Assembly (NCBI GenBank): GCA_963782525.1 | Contig: CAWAKC010000007.1 | Coordinates: 32,001 to 96,000, forward strand | Reading direction: 5' to 3' | DNA length: 64,000 bases | Source: Candidatus Bathyarchaeota archaeon | Lineage (GTDB): Archaea; Thermoproteota; Bathyarchaeia; Bathyarchaeales; Bathycorpusculaceae | Part shown: piece by piece, positions 17,981-28,259 of the stretch | Numbering within the stretch: the stretch's first letter is position 1 | Layout: every line of letters starts with the position of its first letter | The notes under the pieces: model-generated | Seen by the model: only the letters and a program-made list of their open reading frames with translations | The model's database searches: none | Told to the model about the DNA's origin: nothing | Made by a program: the position numbers and the translations under genes

Positions 17981-20179
17981 TTAGCAACTGCATGCCAGCA
18001 TCTTAAGATGAAGTTCATTCCGCAGCTTATCAAAGCTCTCTTGTATCCCACTAATTAAGTCATCATCTTTACCCAATTCAAGACCAACATATTTTGTTTT
18101 ATTGCATTCACCGTTGAAGGTGATAACATCAACAATAGAACGCCTTTTTTCATACAATTCCTTTATTTTTAAGCTTTCAACATCATTTTCATTTAGGTAT
18201 AAAATAGAATACATAAGTGCGCAAGCAGCCCCAAACTCCAAACCTCTTGTACCTAATCCATGTTTTTTCGCCAAAGCGATTGTACCAAGTATACGTTCGC
18301 CGCATTGAAGTTTTCTCATGGGATCTCGCCCAACCCTCGAACACTTATCTTTAAAAGAAGCGCGGCACCTTTTAAGAAAATTTTGGGCTATAGAATTTAT
18401 GTACTGTTTAGAATTGGGGTTTTCTTTTAACAGTGCGGGCATTATTTCGTTTTTAATTATACATTCAGCAAGTATTGAGACTCTCGAGTCACCCATACCT
18501 TGCCCTATAGTCTTATACCCAAGAAGTGCCGAATACCAAGCAATTATTGCATGCGGTCCGTTTGAGAGCTTATTTTTTATTTCTTGCATGGATTTTATAT
18601 TCTCGACTGTTACTACCTGTCTTAATCGCTCTAAAATTGGGCTTCCTTCACTGGCGTAGATTGGCATGTCTGGTTCGCTACTGAATAGGGTAACACTTAA
18701 TTTTGATAGTTCATTGGCAAATTGAGTTACAGACGAAACGAAGTCGGCAATGTGAATTGTCTGGTTAATTGCTTGGTTTTCGTCTTTTAATGATTTATTG
18801 TGTTTAGTTAAATTTTTTTCTGCAAAATAGGCTCGCGAAAACTCAAAGACTTCTTTCATTTTCCCAGAATACTCCAGGATGCATTTGTTCATACTGTATA
18901 ATTCCTTGTGCATGTTTGAAAGAATAATTTCATCGGGAATTTTCGACACCATTCTGTTAACAACGGTTTCAGTGAAAAATGTGCTTTTCATAATTTTTTT
19001 TGCTTTTTCTTCACCTGCTATCTGGATGATTGCGTTCTCGACATGGTGTCGGACAAAATTTGCCGAATTAATCTTGTTCATGACGATGAGCAAAGTGAGG
19101 CTTTTACCGGTGCTTTCGTATCGTTCTATCAAGCCTTTGGCAATCATCTTTGATTGAGACCTGATAGCGTGTTCTGGAAGAGCCAGCCCAATTATTTGCG
19201 CTTTTTTATACATATTGATTATTTGTGCTTCGTCGTTCATATCGATAATTTTTACATTTGAAATCGTTTGAAAATATGCAAGGCTCTCATACTTTACATT
19301 GTATTTACCTAAGGCATTGACTAGCTGCCGTTTAAGATTGTCACTTGTAGCGCCAATTATCTGACCCGGTCTTGTGTATCCATCCCAATGGGAAAAAATT
19401 TGGGCAAGATAACCACCTCCCATTGCACCAAACCCGTGTATCCCTACAACAGTGTAACCTATACTTTGAGGAAAATGCTCATTGAGTGTCGGGATTGGCA
19501 TCTTTGGCATTTGCTGAATTAGTTCATCCAAAAAATCCGTCATTTTTTCGCAGGACTTATACGCAAGTGCCTTAACCGCTAAATCAGGTTCTTTTATGTC
19601 CTTGATGAAGATGGGTATTCCGCCTGAAGCGTTTGCGGATAAAAGTCCGTTTTGTGAATCTTCAAAAATAAAGCATTTGCTTGGCGCACAATTAAGTTCG
19701 CTTGCTGCTTTGAGAAATATTTCTGGGTCGGGCTTTCCTTTTTCTACGTCCTCCCCGCATATAGTCACATCAAAAAATCGAAGTACCCTTGCACTGAGCA
19801 GATATTCTTCGGCGATTTCTCTTCGGCTTGAGGTAGCTAAAGCGATAAGTACCCCATTCTTTTTGAGACGTTCAAGTAAATTATAAAGACCCTCCTTAAC
19901 TGGAACCCCGTTTTCTCTTACGTACCCTCTTTCGAGTTCATCTGCGCGTACTCTTATTTTTTTATACGGATAGTTCTCGCCATAAAATTCTTTTGCAAGC
20001 TTTTCACCGGTTACGGCGCTTATTCCGAGGGAATCATAGAGGATTTGGTCTGAAATTTCTTCGCCAAAGATTTCCTTAGAGGCCTGTTTAAGCATCTTGA
20101 ATCGTAGGCGTTCGGTATCAAACATCGTTCCGTCCATGTCGAAAATGACAGCCTCTAAGGTTTTGTTCTGAAAAATCAA
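17981..20179 (-). CDS. mtlD: Bifunctional HAD phosphatase / mannitol-1-phosphate dehydrogenase (Acinetobacter-type MtlD)
   Basis: HAD domain FDMDGTMFDTE, ATSS, GKPDPEIF, FEDSQNG; dehydrogenase domain GIHGFGAMGGGYLAQIFSHWDGYTRP, TVVNRMVS, KNKLSNGPHA, RVGRDPMRKL. Confidence 0.88.
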   Translation of the reverse strand: MIFQNKTLEAVIFDMDGTMFDTERLRFKMLKQASKEIFGEEISDQILYDSLGISAVTGEKLAKEFYGENYPYKKIRVRADELERGYVRENGVPVKEGLYNLLERLKKNGVLIALATSSRREIAEEYLLSARVLRFFDVTICGEDVEKGKPDPEIFLKAASELNCAPSKCFIFEDSQNGLLSANASGGIPIFIKDIKEPDLAVKALAYKSCEKMTDFLDELIQQMPKMPIPTLNEHFPQSIGYTVVGIHGFGAMGGGYLAQIFSHWDGYTRPGQIIGATSDNLKRQLVNALGKYNVKYESLAYFQTISNVKIIDMNDEAQIINMYKKAQIIGLALPEHAIRSQSKMIAKGLIERYESTGKSLTLLIVMNKINSANFVRHHVENAIIQIAGEEKAKKIMKSTFFTETVVNRMVSKIPDEIILSNMHKELYSMNKCILEYSGKMKEVFEFSRAYFAEKNLTKHNKSLKDENQAINQTIHIADFVSSVTQFANELSKLSVTLFSSEPDMPIYASEGSPILERLRQVVTVENIKSMQEIKNKLSNGPHAIIAWYSALLGYKTIGQGMGDSRVSILAECIIKNEIMPALLKENPNSKQYINSIAQNFLKRCRASFKDKCSRVGRDPMRKLQCGERILGTIALAKKHGLGTRGLEFGAACALMYSILYLNENDVESLKIKELYEKRRSIVDVITFNGECNKTKYVGLELGKDDDLISGIQESFDKLRNELHLKMLACSC

Positions 20180-20403
20180 TCCTTTCTCCTCTAATTATTT
20201 TTTGTTACTTACTGGGAAGCTTTTCTTATAAGTTTTATCCATGAATTAAGAAAAAACATCAAATTTTTACGGGAAAACTACAGAGTTTATGTAGAGTTTA
20301 CCAAAATAAGTCGCTATTACTGCATCAGACAAGATAATAAATTTTAAGGAGACGAACCCAGAGTAAAAAAAAACCTCCAAAAAAATTTTAATCCCAAACT
20401 AAG

Positions 20404-20661
20404 TTAAGCCTGCTCAACCATGCCGACAACGTTCAAGGTTGAGTTTATCCATCGCAGATAAGCGTTCAATGTTGCGCGCAAAGCAACTGTGTCGTCCGCC
20501 TCAACAGTTAACTCAAGAAACAATCCTTCATCTTCAAGTGTTATTTTGGAGCGTTTAGTTGCTGGCGATTTAGCTTCTGGCGTTAAAGCGTGGAGAACAG
20601 TTGAAATTTGCTTTTGCGAATCAAACTTTAGGCGTACGATTGCTTTTGCTGTGGTTGACAT
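20404..20661 (-). CDS. pcc1: KEOPS complex subunit Pcc1
   Basis: ALTPE...RS...LTVEADDTVALRATLNAYLRWI. Confidence 0.88.
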   Translation of the reverse strand: MSTTAKAIVRLKFDSQKQISTVLHALTPEAKSPATKRSKITLEDEGLFLELTVEADDTVALRATLNAYLRWINSTLNVVGMVEQA

Positions 20662-20736
20662 TCAGCATTCCCTACGCTAACAGAATATATAGAGTTTTAA
20701 ACATAAAATAAAAAATACAAAAAGAAAAAAAGTTGT

Positions 20737-21060
20737 TTACTCGGTTGTTTCTTCTTCAGTTGCCGACTCGACAGCTGCAGTGGCCTTCGCTATTTCTTCA
20801 ACTGGCGCACCTTTAGCTGCTCGTTTGGCCACAACACCCAGCTTTGTTACTGGCGTGTATGCTCCGCCTGCAAAAGTGTACTCGCACTTGCTGCATTTCC
20901 AAATGCCGACGCTTTCGCGTTTAACGCGGGTAAAACCGCAGTTTGGGCATCTGTGGGGCTTCTTGAGTTCAGTGATTACTTTGACGTAGCGTTTTCGAAC
21001 GGTTGAACCGTAACGTACGCCTAATCCTCGTGTTGGACCAACTTTCTTCATTCTTGGCAA
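20737..21060 (-). CDS. rpl37ae: 50S ribosomal protein L37Ae (eL43) with acidic C-terminal tail
   Basis: GVRYGSTVRKR, CPNCG, GIWKCSKC, FAGGAYTP; TTG start. Confidence 0.95.
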   Translation of the reverse strand: MPRMKKVGPTRGLGVRYGSTVRKRYVKVITELKKPHRCPNCGFTRVKRESVGIWKCSKCEYTFAGGAYTPVTKLGVVAKRAAKGAPVEEIAKATAAVESATEEETTE

Positions 21061-21067
21061 CTTTTAT

Positions 21068-21859
21068 TCACCAATCTAGTTTCTTGCGCAGTTCTGCTGC
21101 TTTGTCCAGAGCAATCTTTGAGGCTTCTAAAATCTGTTGCGGTGTGAAATAGCCTGAGCCGCCCTTCTGTATGGCGCAAATGGTTCCGTCTTCTTTAGTT
21201 GCGAAGGTGATGCGTGAATCCATGACTTGTTCTTCTTCAGCTATGGGGTCAGTGATTAGTTTGTTGCTGATTTTTCCGATGGTAACTGTTACAGGGTGGC
21301 TTCTCAGTGCTAAAGGTGTGTAGCCTTGTTTCATTTTTAGTTCACCGTCTTTGATTTCATAGTTGGGCATCTTTGTATTCAACAATGCAGCCATTGCAGC
21401 GATTGCGGATGCGTCAATTAGGTTTCCTCCGTGGTCAAGAACATAAATGTCGACGAATACAACGAACACTTTCTTTCCGGGTTCGATGCACAGTTTTTCG
21501 TTGTCGATGCATTTTGATTCCCTGATACCCCTGTCAACTACTCGAGCAAGTTCGATGCTATTTTCGTCTGGTGGACCTGGCTCAAAGCTCGGTGAAGCAA
21601 CTGGCACAAGCTCTGCATTTACTGTCAAGACGCCTTCGTTTGGTGTGTCTGAAAAGGGTTCGCCTAAGCCGACTTTGACGCCTACGAGAATTTGGGTTTT
21701 TCCCATGAAAACTCTTGCGGAGCCTTCAGCCTTCTCGATTATGCCTTGTTCAATTTTGATTTCGCGGGTATCGAGTAAGCCTCTATCGTCTAGGCGTTTG
21801 CCTTTCTCGATTAATTGTTCAATTTGTCTTAGTCTAACTTTAGTTACGAGTGATGACAT
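21068..21859 (-). CDS. rrp42: Exosome subunit Rrp42
   Basis: KAEGSARV, FEPGPPDENSIELARVVDRGIRES, GNLIDA. Confidence 0.96.
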   Translation of the reverse strand: MSSLVTKVRLRQIEQLIEKGKRLDDRGLLDTREIKIEQGIIEKAEGSARVFMGKTQILVGVKVGLGEPFSDTPNEGVLTVNAELVPVASPSFEPGPPDENSIELARVVDRGIRESKCIDNEKLCIEPGKKVFVVFVDIYVLDHGGNLIDASAIAAMAALLNTKMPNYEIKDGELKMKQGYTPLALRSHPVTVTIGKISNKLITDPIAEEEQVMDSRITFATKEDGTICAIQKGGSGYFTPQQILEASKIALDKAAELRKKLDW

Positions 21860-22593
21860 TATTCTTCAACCTCTTTAACGACCATGTACTTGGTCTTAAG
21901 TGCTTCTTTCTGCATTTCATAGATTTTCTTGCATCCTTCCATTGCCATGTTTACGGCTTTCTCGAATTCAGCGGGCTCCAAAATTCCATCCATCTGTAGT
22001 AGTGTAATGGCGTTTAAGCTTGGCATGTAAGCGACTGGAACGTCTGCGGCGCCGAGTTTGTCTTCTGCATCATAGAGGTCAAGAACTACTGTATCTTCTA
22101 CTTTGCCTGCTGCACATCCAACGACTAAGTCGCGCATTGGAACGCCTGCGTCTGCAACGGCTAAGGCAGCTGCGGTGATAGCTGCACATCTTGTTCCTCC
22201 ATCTGCCTGCAAGACTTCAACATATACGTCGACGCCTGTGCGTGGGTAGAGTTCAAGGAACAGTGCGGGTTCTATTGATTCTTTTATTACTTTTGAGAGT
22301 TCAACTTCTCTTCTTGAGGGTGCTGGGGATTTTCTTTCCTGAACGGAAAAGGGTGCCATGTGATAGCGGACTTTTAGGACCATGCGGTCAGCTTGCATGA
22401 GGTGTTTTGGATGTACTTCTCTTGGGCCGAAAGCTGCGGCTAAAATCTTGTTTTTTCCGTGTTCAATGTAGGCTGAGCCGTCAGCGTTTGAGAGTACGCC
22501 TACTTGAAGTTTTACAGGGCGAAGTTCATCCGCTTTTCTACCGTCCAGTCGGATGCCTTTCTTATCGATTAATTTCTCTGTTTTTTCATTCAA
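21859..22593 (-). CDS. rrp41: Exosome catalytic subunit Rrp41
   Basis: [37 protein letters not shown]. Confidence 0.96.
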   Translation of the reverse strand: MNEKTEKLIDKKGIRLDGRKADELRPVKLQVGVLSNADGSAYIEHGKNKILAAAFGPREVHPKHLMQADRMVLKVRYHMAPFSVQERKSPAPSRREVELSKVIKESIEPALFLELYPRTGVDVYVEVLQADGGTRCAAITAAALAVADAGVPMRDLVVGCAAGKVEDTVVLDLYDAEDKLGAADVPVAYMPSLNAITLLQMDGILEPAEFEKAVNMAMEGCKKIYEMQKEALKTKYMVVKEVEE

Positions 22594-23299
22594 CTTTGTT
22601 TTCCTCCACTTTACCTAATTTCTTTTCTTTCAGCAACTGTGTTATGCGATCAGTAAGACCGCTTGTGTGGGATTCTTCCTCGATTTTTCGAATAACGCTT
22701 ATGGCAAGTTCTTCTTCTTCCAGAGTTTTGCCAGTGACCAATATCACGCCGTTTAAGCCCAATATGATTTGGCAGTTGGTTTCTTGTTTAATCATGGAAA
22801 TCATTGAGCCTTTGCGTCCGATGATACGGGGAATCTTTGTTGGTGTAACATGCAGGATTTGACCGCGAGTAATCTTTCCCAGTCCAGGTTCGCCCACGGT
22901 TAATTGTGGGTCGTGTGCTCTGTCGAAGGATGCTATTTTGGCAACGATTAAGTCGCCGGCAGTTAGGACTGCGGATAACTCATCGTTTTGTGGCTTAAAG
23001 GGCCTGCTGAGTACGTCGGATGCACGCAGCATTGCTGTGTAGGGTGCTTTAATGTTGACGGTCCAGCCGTTGAATCCGACTTCAGTGACTGTTCCAATAA
23101 CTATGTCGCCCATTTTCGGGACGTAAAAAGCCCTTAGTGCAACAACGTTTACTTTTTTATTGTCACTGTCTACGAGTCCAATCCTTGAGGCATAAATCTT
23201 GCCTGCTTCCACATACGTGTTTTCGCCAGGTAAATAGTCGCCTTCAGCGAGCATTTCGCCCGGGGTCACGAGCTGTTTTTTTTCAAAGAATGTTGGCAT
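22586..23299 (-). CDS. rrp4: Exosome RNA-binding subunit Rrp4
   Basis: [16 protein letters not shown] (S1), [12 protein letters not shown] (KH), HTSGLT. Confidence 0.95.
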   Translation of the reverse strand: MPTFFEKKQLVTPGEMLAEGDYLPGENTYVEAGKIYASRIGLVDSDNKKVNVVALRAFYVPKMGDIVIGTVTEVGFNGWTVNIKAPYTAMLRASDVLSRPFKPQNDELSAVLTAGDLIVAKIASFDRAHDPQLTVGEPGLGKITRGQILHVTPTKIPRIIGRKGSMISMIKQETNCQIILGLNGVILVTGKTLEEEELAISVIRKIEEESHTSGLTDRITQLLKEKKLGKVEENKVE

Positions 23300-23328
23300 A
23301 AAATCACATTTTCCATATTTTTATTACT

Positions 23329-24018
23329 TTAAGAGATTATTTTTGCTTCTCCACTTCCCTTGGTTGCATCACCAAGCTTGTTCAAAAGCGAAGCGTATGA
23401 TCCTGCGGGTAACTCAAGTTCACCATACCAGGAACCGTCACCGCGCCATTCTTCCCGTTTAATAGTACCCAACGTTTTGATTGTGCCGTAAGCTCTTGCA
23501 GCATGTTGAGTTGGTATTTTGATTGCAACTGTAACCTGTTCGATTTTCAAGGGTAAAATGGGTCGTAACAGTTTAACTATGTCTTTAGCCTGCTCTTCCA
23601 CAGACTTGTACGGGTCAATTGGATAACGAATCTGCTCCATCGCATTTTCGATGCGCGCAGGCGGATGCGGCAAATTTGTTTTAGGGTCTACTGCTTGGCG
23701 GGAAATAAAATCTATAACTAGCCTTTTTTTGTCTTCGACCATTTTCCGTCTTTGGTCAGTTGTTAGCTGCAAAGTTCCTTTCTTTAAGATTTCATCAGCG
23801 ATTTTTAGCGGGTCACATGTTTTGAAGGCTTTTTTCATAGCTTCTTCAGAAACCTTAGTGCCCTTGTTTGCGTCAGCAAAAATCATTTCAGCGGCTAAAA
23901 CCTCAGTTATGCCTGCGATTTTGCCGTTTCGGTAGTCGAGCGCTTTGTTGGGCTTAACTAATATTTCAAAATGCTCATTTTCTCTTGTTAAGCGCGCGAC
24001 GGTGAACTTTTCGCTCAT
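23329..24018 (-). CDS. Ribosome maturation protein SBDS/Sdo1
   Basis: FEILV, ILKKGTLQLTTDQRRKM, DPKTNLPHPPARIENAMEQ. Confidence 0.95.
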   Translation of the reverse strand: MSEKFTVARLTRENEHFEILVKPNKALDYRNGKIAGITEVLAAEMIFADANKGTKVSEEAMKKAFKTCDPLKIADEILKKGTLQLTTDQRRKMVEDKKRLVIDFISRQAVDPKTNLPHPPARIENAMEQIRYPIDPYKSVEEQAKDIVKLLRPILPLKIEQVTVAIKIPTQHAARAYGTIKTLGTIKREEWRGDGSWYGELELPAGSYASLLNKLGDATKGSGEAKIIS

Positions 24019-24025
24019 TAGTTTT

Positions 24026-24754
24026 TCACTTGCTTGAACCCAGCTCTTTGATGTAACCTTCCACTGTGTTGTCGTTTAACATTTCCATTTTCTGTGTTGC
24101 AGCTGGGATGATTGCGATTTTTATTCTCGGCGGTAGCTGGCGCGCTTCGAGGGCTTTAACTAGACATTTGACTGTTAGTTTTATGCTGCTGTCTAGGTTT
24201 AGGTCCTCTTTGTATTCTTCTTTCAGGATTCCTAGAACTGTTTCTCTTCCTGCGCCGAGTGCTGTGGCTTTGTAGCCGCGATAGGTTCCACTTGGGTGTG
24301 TGCCGAAGACGCGGGTTCCGGTTTTGTCGACTCCGCCGAAGATGATTGAGACTCCGAAGGGTCGAACACCTGCATGCTGCGTGTACATCTGCTGGATATC
24401 GCATATGCGTTTGGTTACGACTTCTACGTCGATGGGTTCGTCGTAGGTTAGTTTGTTACTTTGAGCGTAGATTCTTGCTTGGTCAATTAGGATTCTTGCG
24501 TCGGAACTTAACCCGACTATGGCTGCGCCAATATGGTCGTCTACTCGGAAGATTTTCCATGAGTAACCTGCTTCTTCGAGGACTTCTATGTTTTCTTCTG
24601 AACCTAGAACTAATCCTTCTGAACTTTGGATGCCTATAATGGTGGCTCCGCGGTTCACAAGTTCCATTGCGTATTCTACTTGGAAGAGTCGTCCATCAGG
24701 CGAGAAAACGGTAATGGCACGGTCATATGCTCCTGGTGCTGCAAATACAGACAT
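24026..24754 (-). CDS. psmA: Proteasome subunit alpha
   Basis: YDRAITVFSPDGRLFQVEYA, YTQHAGVRPFGVS. Confidence 0.97.
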   Translation of the reverse strand: MSVFAAPGAYDRAITVFSPDGRLFQVEYAMELVNRGATIIGIQSSEGLVLGSEENIEVLEEAGYSWKIFRVDDHIGAAIVGLSSDARILIDQARIYAQSNKLTYDEPIDVEVVTKRICDIQQMYTQHAGVRPFGVSIIFGGVDKTGTRVFGTHPSGTYRGYKATALGAGRETVLGILKEEYKEDLNLDSSIKLTVKCLVKALEARQLPPRIKIAIIPAATQKMEMLNDNTVEGYIKELGSSK

Positions 24755-25017
24755 AATGTTAACCTCACTTTACACTATACACTTTTTCACAGTCTCATAC
24801 AACAACTATACTAAAAACCTTTCCTATAAAAGCAAAACCTAACCAGCAAGGTTTTGAGATTTTGAAGGTGACTCTAACAACCTTAGTCATGGACAATTTG
24901 TAGTCCATAAGCCTGTTGCTTGGAAAAAAACTATAGCCCCCCTAATATAGTGAGACTTGAGTGAAATGGAGAAGGACTAAACCCAATTGGTTGTTATCCA
25001 AACAAGTTAATGTAACC

Positions 25018-25539
25018 TTAGCTTACTACTTGGATGGGTAAAACACAGTAATTTTGAGTAAACTCGTAAGTTCCCGCTGAGTTTTGTTGCCATAACTCGA
25101 AAACAACGGAGTAATTTCCTACCGCGTTCTCCGTAACAGTAGCTGTGTTCTCACTGGTCTTTCCGTCTCCTAAACTGTTTATTTGGAGAACTTGGCTTGC
25201 TGGAACATCAACGGGAAAAGTGGAGAGGTTCTCGGTTATTTTCACCTGCACCTGATAAGAAGCACCATGCCCCAGATGGTTTACTACGTCAACGTAGATG
25301 TTGAATGTGCTGTTCTGGTTAGCCAACAAGGTTTCAGGGTAATCTACGGCTTTTTTGTTGGAGTCAAGCAAGTAAATACTGTTATATGGTTCTGCAGGCG
25401 GTCTAAACCAAACAAAATAGCTCAAAACTGCAACGGAAACGATGAGTAACGCAAGAAAAATGGCAACTGCAAAGCCTTTCTCTTCATTAAGCCCGAGTTT
25501 TCTTCCAAGCCGCTTCGCGCTTTCTAATCGTATCTGCAT
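25018..25539 (-). CDS. DUF1616-like membrane-anchored protein
   Basis: TM helix then EPYNSIYLLD...KAVDYP...VVNHLG...Y.V.VK; start uncertain (ATG 25539 overlaps the upstream gene). Confidence 0.65.
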   Translation of the reverse strand: MQIRLESAKRLGRKLGLNEEKGFAVAIFLALLIVSVAVLSYFVWFRPPAEPYNSIYLLDSNKKAVDYPETLLANQNSTFNIYVDVVNHLGHGASYQVQVKITENLSTFPVDVPASQVLQINSLGDGKTSENTATVTENAVGNYSVVFELWQQNSAGTYEFTQNYCVLPIQVVS

Positions 25540-26218
25540 CCAAAGACCCCTTGAATATAGTGCTAAATATCTCGATACCTGACTTAAACCTTCGCAGTTT
25601 AGGCCTGCCATACTTTCGGGCTTTATAGGTCGTGGGAACCTCAATCATGCTATAGCCTTCCTTAGCGAATTTTATGAGCATCTCCGTTGCAAACGCCATG
25701 TCACCCTCGACTAAATTGACGTTGTCGATGGCATCATGGGATATCGCTCGGAACCCCGATTGTGTGTCACTGAGGAATTGGCTATAAACGAAGTCGAAGA
25801 AGAACGTAATGACTTTGTTGCCGATGAAGTTCATAATGCCCATAGCTTTTTTGGGATCATACATGCGGGTTGCTAAAACCATGTCTGCGTCTTGCTCAAT
25901 CATTTTAGCTATCATACGGTTGATGTGTCGCACTTCGTAGGTTCCGTCGCCGTCTACCATGATTATGATGTTGCCCTTGGCGTTTTTCATGCCCGTTTTA
26001 AGAGCTAAGCCGTAGCCTCGTCGAGGTTCAACGATGAGTCTGCAGTACCCAAGTTCCTGAACGATTTCTTTGGTTCCATCTGTCGAGTTCCCGTCGACGA
26101 CGATGATTTCTTTTGGATAAGATAAATCTTCATGGATGGTTGTTATGGCTTCCAGAATGTTACCTGCTTCGTTGAGTGTTGGAATTACCACCGAGACCAT
26201 TTCAACTTTTGACGTCAT
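25487..26218 (-). CDS. GT2 glycosyltransferase (Dol-P-Man synthase-like)
   Basis: SVVIPTLNE, VVDGNSTDGT, MVDGDGTY, SDTQSGFRA. Confidence 0.9.
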   Translation of the reverse strand: MTSKVEMVSVVIPTLNEAGNILEAITTIHEDLSYPKEIIVVDGNSTDGTKEIVQELGYCRLIVEPRRGYGLALKTGMKNAKGNIIIMVDGDGTYEVRHINRMIAKMIEQDADMVLATRMYDPKKAMGIMNFIGNKVITFFFDFVYSQFLSDTQSGFRAISHDAIDNVNLVEGDMAFATEMLIKFAKEGYSMIEVPTTYKARKYGRPKLRRFKSGIEIFSTIFKGSLDADTIRKREAAWKKTRA

Positions 26219-26262
26219 CAGCTAACTTCCATTCAAAGGGCTAATATGTTTCCGTTACATGG

Positions 26263-27420
26263 TTAAATAAGCTCTTCGTATATTTCCACGAGCCTTTCAA
26301 CGTTCTTATCCCAACTATACTTATCTTCCATCATGGAGCGGAGTTCTTTTTTGCGTGAAGAGAAATCTTGTTTGGCGAAATCCAATATGGCTTTTGCAAG
26401 CAGTTCAGGCTGATTGGGCGGCACCAGTTTTCCATATTCTTCCATAAGGATTTCCCTTATTCCTCCAACGTCCGTTGCGATTACTGGCAACGCGCACGCC
26501 ATGGCTTCAAGCGCAACCAGCGGCAGACCTTCACCTGATTTTGAAGGCAGTACAAAAATGTCTGAGGCATTGTAGTAGATAGGTAAATCTTCATCGCTTA
26601 CAAAGCCTGCAAGCTTAAAGTTCTCCTCAATACCCAACTCATGAATCCTTAACTTGACGCTTTCGGAATCTGGACCTTTACCTACCGCCAAAAACACAAT
26701 TCGCGGGTTCTTTTTGACCGCGATGTTAGCGCCTTCAATGAGGGTGTCCACACCGTTCTTGTAAACAAGTCGCCGCACAGTCAAAATCACGACCGCATCC
26801 GACGGAATTCCGAGCTTTCGCCTCATTTCTTCACGTTTTTTAGCCATCGGCTTAAACTTTTCCAAATCAACCCCGTTATGCACAACCTCGACCTTCTTGG
26901 GTTTGGCGCCTAAACGAAGCACATATTCTTTTGTGGCGCCGCTTACGGCGATAATTCTGTCTGCGTCTTGGAGGTTTTGTTTGCCGACAGTTAGGTCGTT
27001 TAAGTTTTCAATGTCGTCGAAGAGGTTGTTGTATTCGATGAAGGTGTTGTGTTGGGTGAGTACGAAGGGTTTAGAGTACATTTTGGCAAGTTTACCTGCG
27101 GTTAGCGAGGTTAAGTATGGGTGGCCGTGTGCGTGGACTATTTTGCTCTGGTTCACCGCTTTAAGAAAAGTGGGGAAACTCGTGACCGTTGGAATCGAAT
27201 AAGGAATCCCCAACCTAAAGCCAGTGTTTAGCGATTCATAGCATTCTACTGATACGCCGTCAACCACGTATTTTTGAGGTGTACCTATCCTATTAGTTAC
27301 AACCATGGGCACAAAATTTTTCGTTCGCAACCGCTTGCTTTGTTCATTAACCACCTTTTCTATACCGCCCACATGCGGCAGAAAAGTGTGCGTGACAATG
27401 CAGAGCCTTGTTTGAACCAT
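26263..27420 (-). CDS. GT4 glycosyltransferase
   Basis: PHVGGIE, VHNGVD, RRLVYKNG, EGLPLVALEAMAC. Confidence 0.9.
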   Translation of the reverse strand: MVQTRLCIVTHTFLPHVGGIEKVVNEQSKRLRTKNFVPMVVTNRIGTPQKYVVDGVSVECYESLNTGFRLGIPYSIPTVTSFPTFLKAVNQSKIVHAHGHPYLTSLTAGKLAKMYSKPFVLTQHNTFIEYNNLFDDIENLNDLTVGKQNLQDADRIIAVSGATKEYVLRLGAKPKKVEVVHNGVDLEKFKPMAKKREEMRRKLGIPSDAVVILTVRRLVYKNGVDTLIEGANIAVKKNPRIVFLAVGKGPDSESVKLRIHELGIEENFKLAGFVSDEDLPIYYNASDIFVLPSKSGEGLPLVALEAMACALPVIATDVGGIREILMEEYGKLVPPNQPELLAKAILDFAKQDFSSRKKELRSMMEDKYSWDKNVERLVEIYEELI

Positions 27421-27522
27421 GCTGCCCAACAGGCTAAATCCTCAATCGGCATAGTATTATAATCTTATGGTAAAGTCAAGGCTATCGTTGTCGCGACTGA
27501 AACTGCACAAAAACATGGAATT

Positions 27523-28005
27523 TTACGGTTTTATTCCTGCATCCCTCACAGCGCGCGTATAAACGTTTGCTGATGCGCCCGCAACTAAAGCACCTATGGC
27601 GTCGTTTGTTAAGGAACCTAATGTTTTTAGAATTCCAGGTTTGGCTTGATCAAAGCGTACATACTCAAACACGCCTCGGGTTCCGCCGATGTAGGTTGCG
27701 ATTGCCAACCCCAAGATTTCGTCAGCGACTGGACCAGGTCTTCCCCTGAACCTTTCTTGCGTTAACCCTGGAATTTGTCCCTTTTCTGCTTGATCTTGGA
27801 CGGAAAACGCAGCTACTTCAAGTATAGAGACATTGACATCTGAGAGGATGTCGAGAAGTTCCTCTTTGAGCATTTCGGTGGCTTTTTTCTCGGTTTCTAT
27901 GCCGGGGTGGGGCACGTACATTTCGAGGGCGCAGTCGATGAGGCTTTGCAGTGTAATCCCCTTTGCTTTTAGGTAAGTTAGAAGTGGAGGAGTTTGCGTT
28001 TTCAT
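27523..28005 (-). CDS. cobZ: Archaeal alpha-ribazole-phosphate phosphatase CobZ / PgpA-like protein
   Basis: LSDVNV, VADEILGLAIATYIGGTRGVFEYVRFDQAKPGIL, DAIGALVAG; divergent from the cob operon; start uncertain. Confidence 0.75.
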   Translation of the reverse strand: MKTQTPPLLTYLKAKGITLQSLIDCALEMYVPHPGIETEKKATEMLKEELLDILSDVNVSILEVAAFSVQDQAEKGQIPGLTQERFRGRPGPVADEILGLAIATYIGGTRGVFEYVRFDQAKPGILKTLGSLTNDAIGALVAGASANVYTRAVRDAGIKP

Positions 28006-28259
28006 GCTGTTCAACCGCATTTTTAGTGGTGAAGTTTGTTTTAAGTGTTGTGTGGCAGGTTTTACCGATATACTTATATCAAAAAGGCTGGATAAACCAA
28101 CCAACAGCGGGTTGATAATTTGCTGAACATAAAGAAAACAAACGTTATTTCAGCTAAAGTTTTACAAGAAGGCAAATTATCTAAAAACCTGAGCAGAAAA
28201 ATTGGATTTTTGCATTCAAATGTTTGTGAGAAAAAGGAAATATTGGAGGAAAAAACTGA

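Noticed and set aside
28006-28259. Cobalamin riboswitch upstream of the cob operon
   Set aside because: AT-rich divergent promoter region with no recognisable B12-box or supporting stems.
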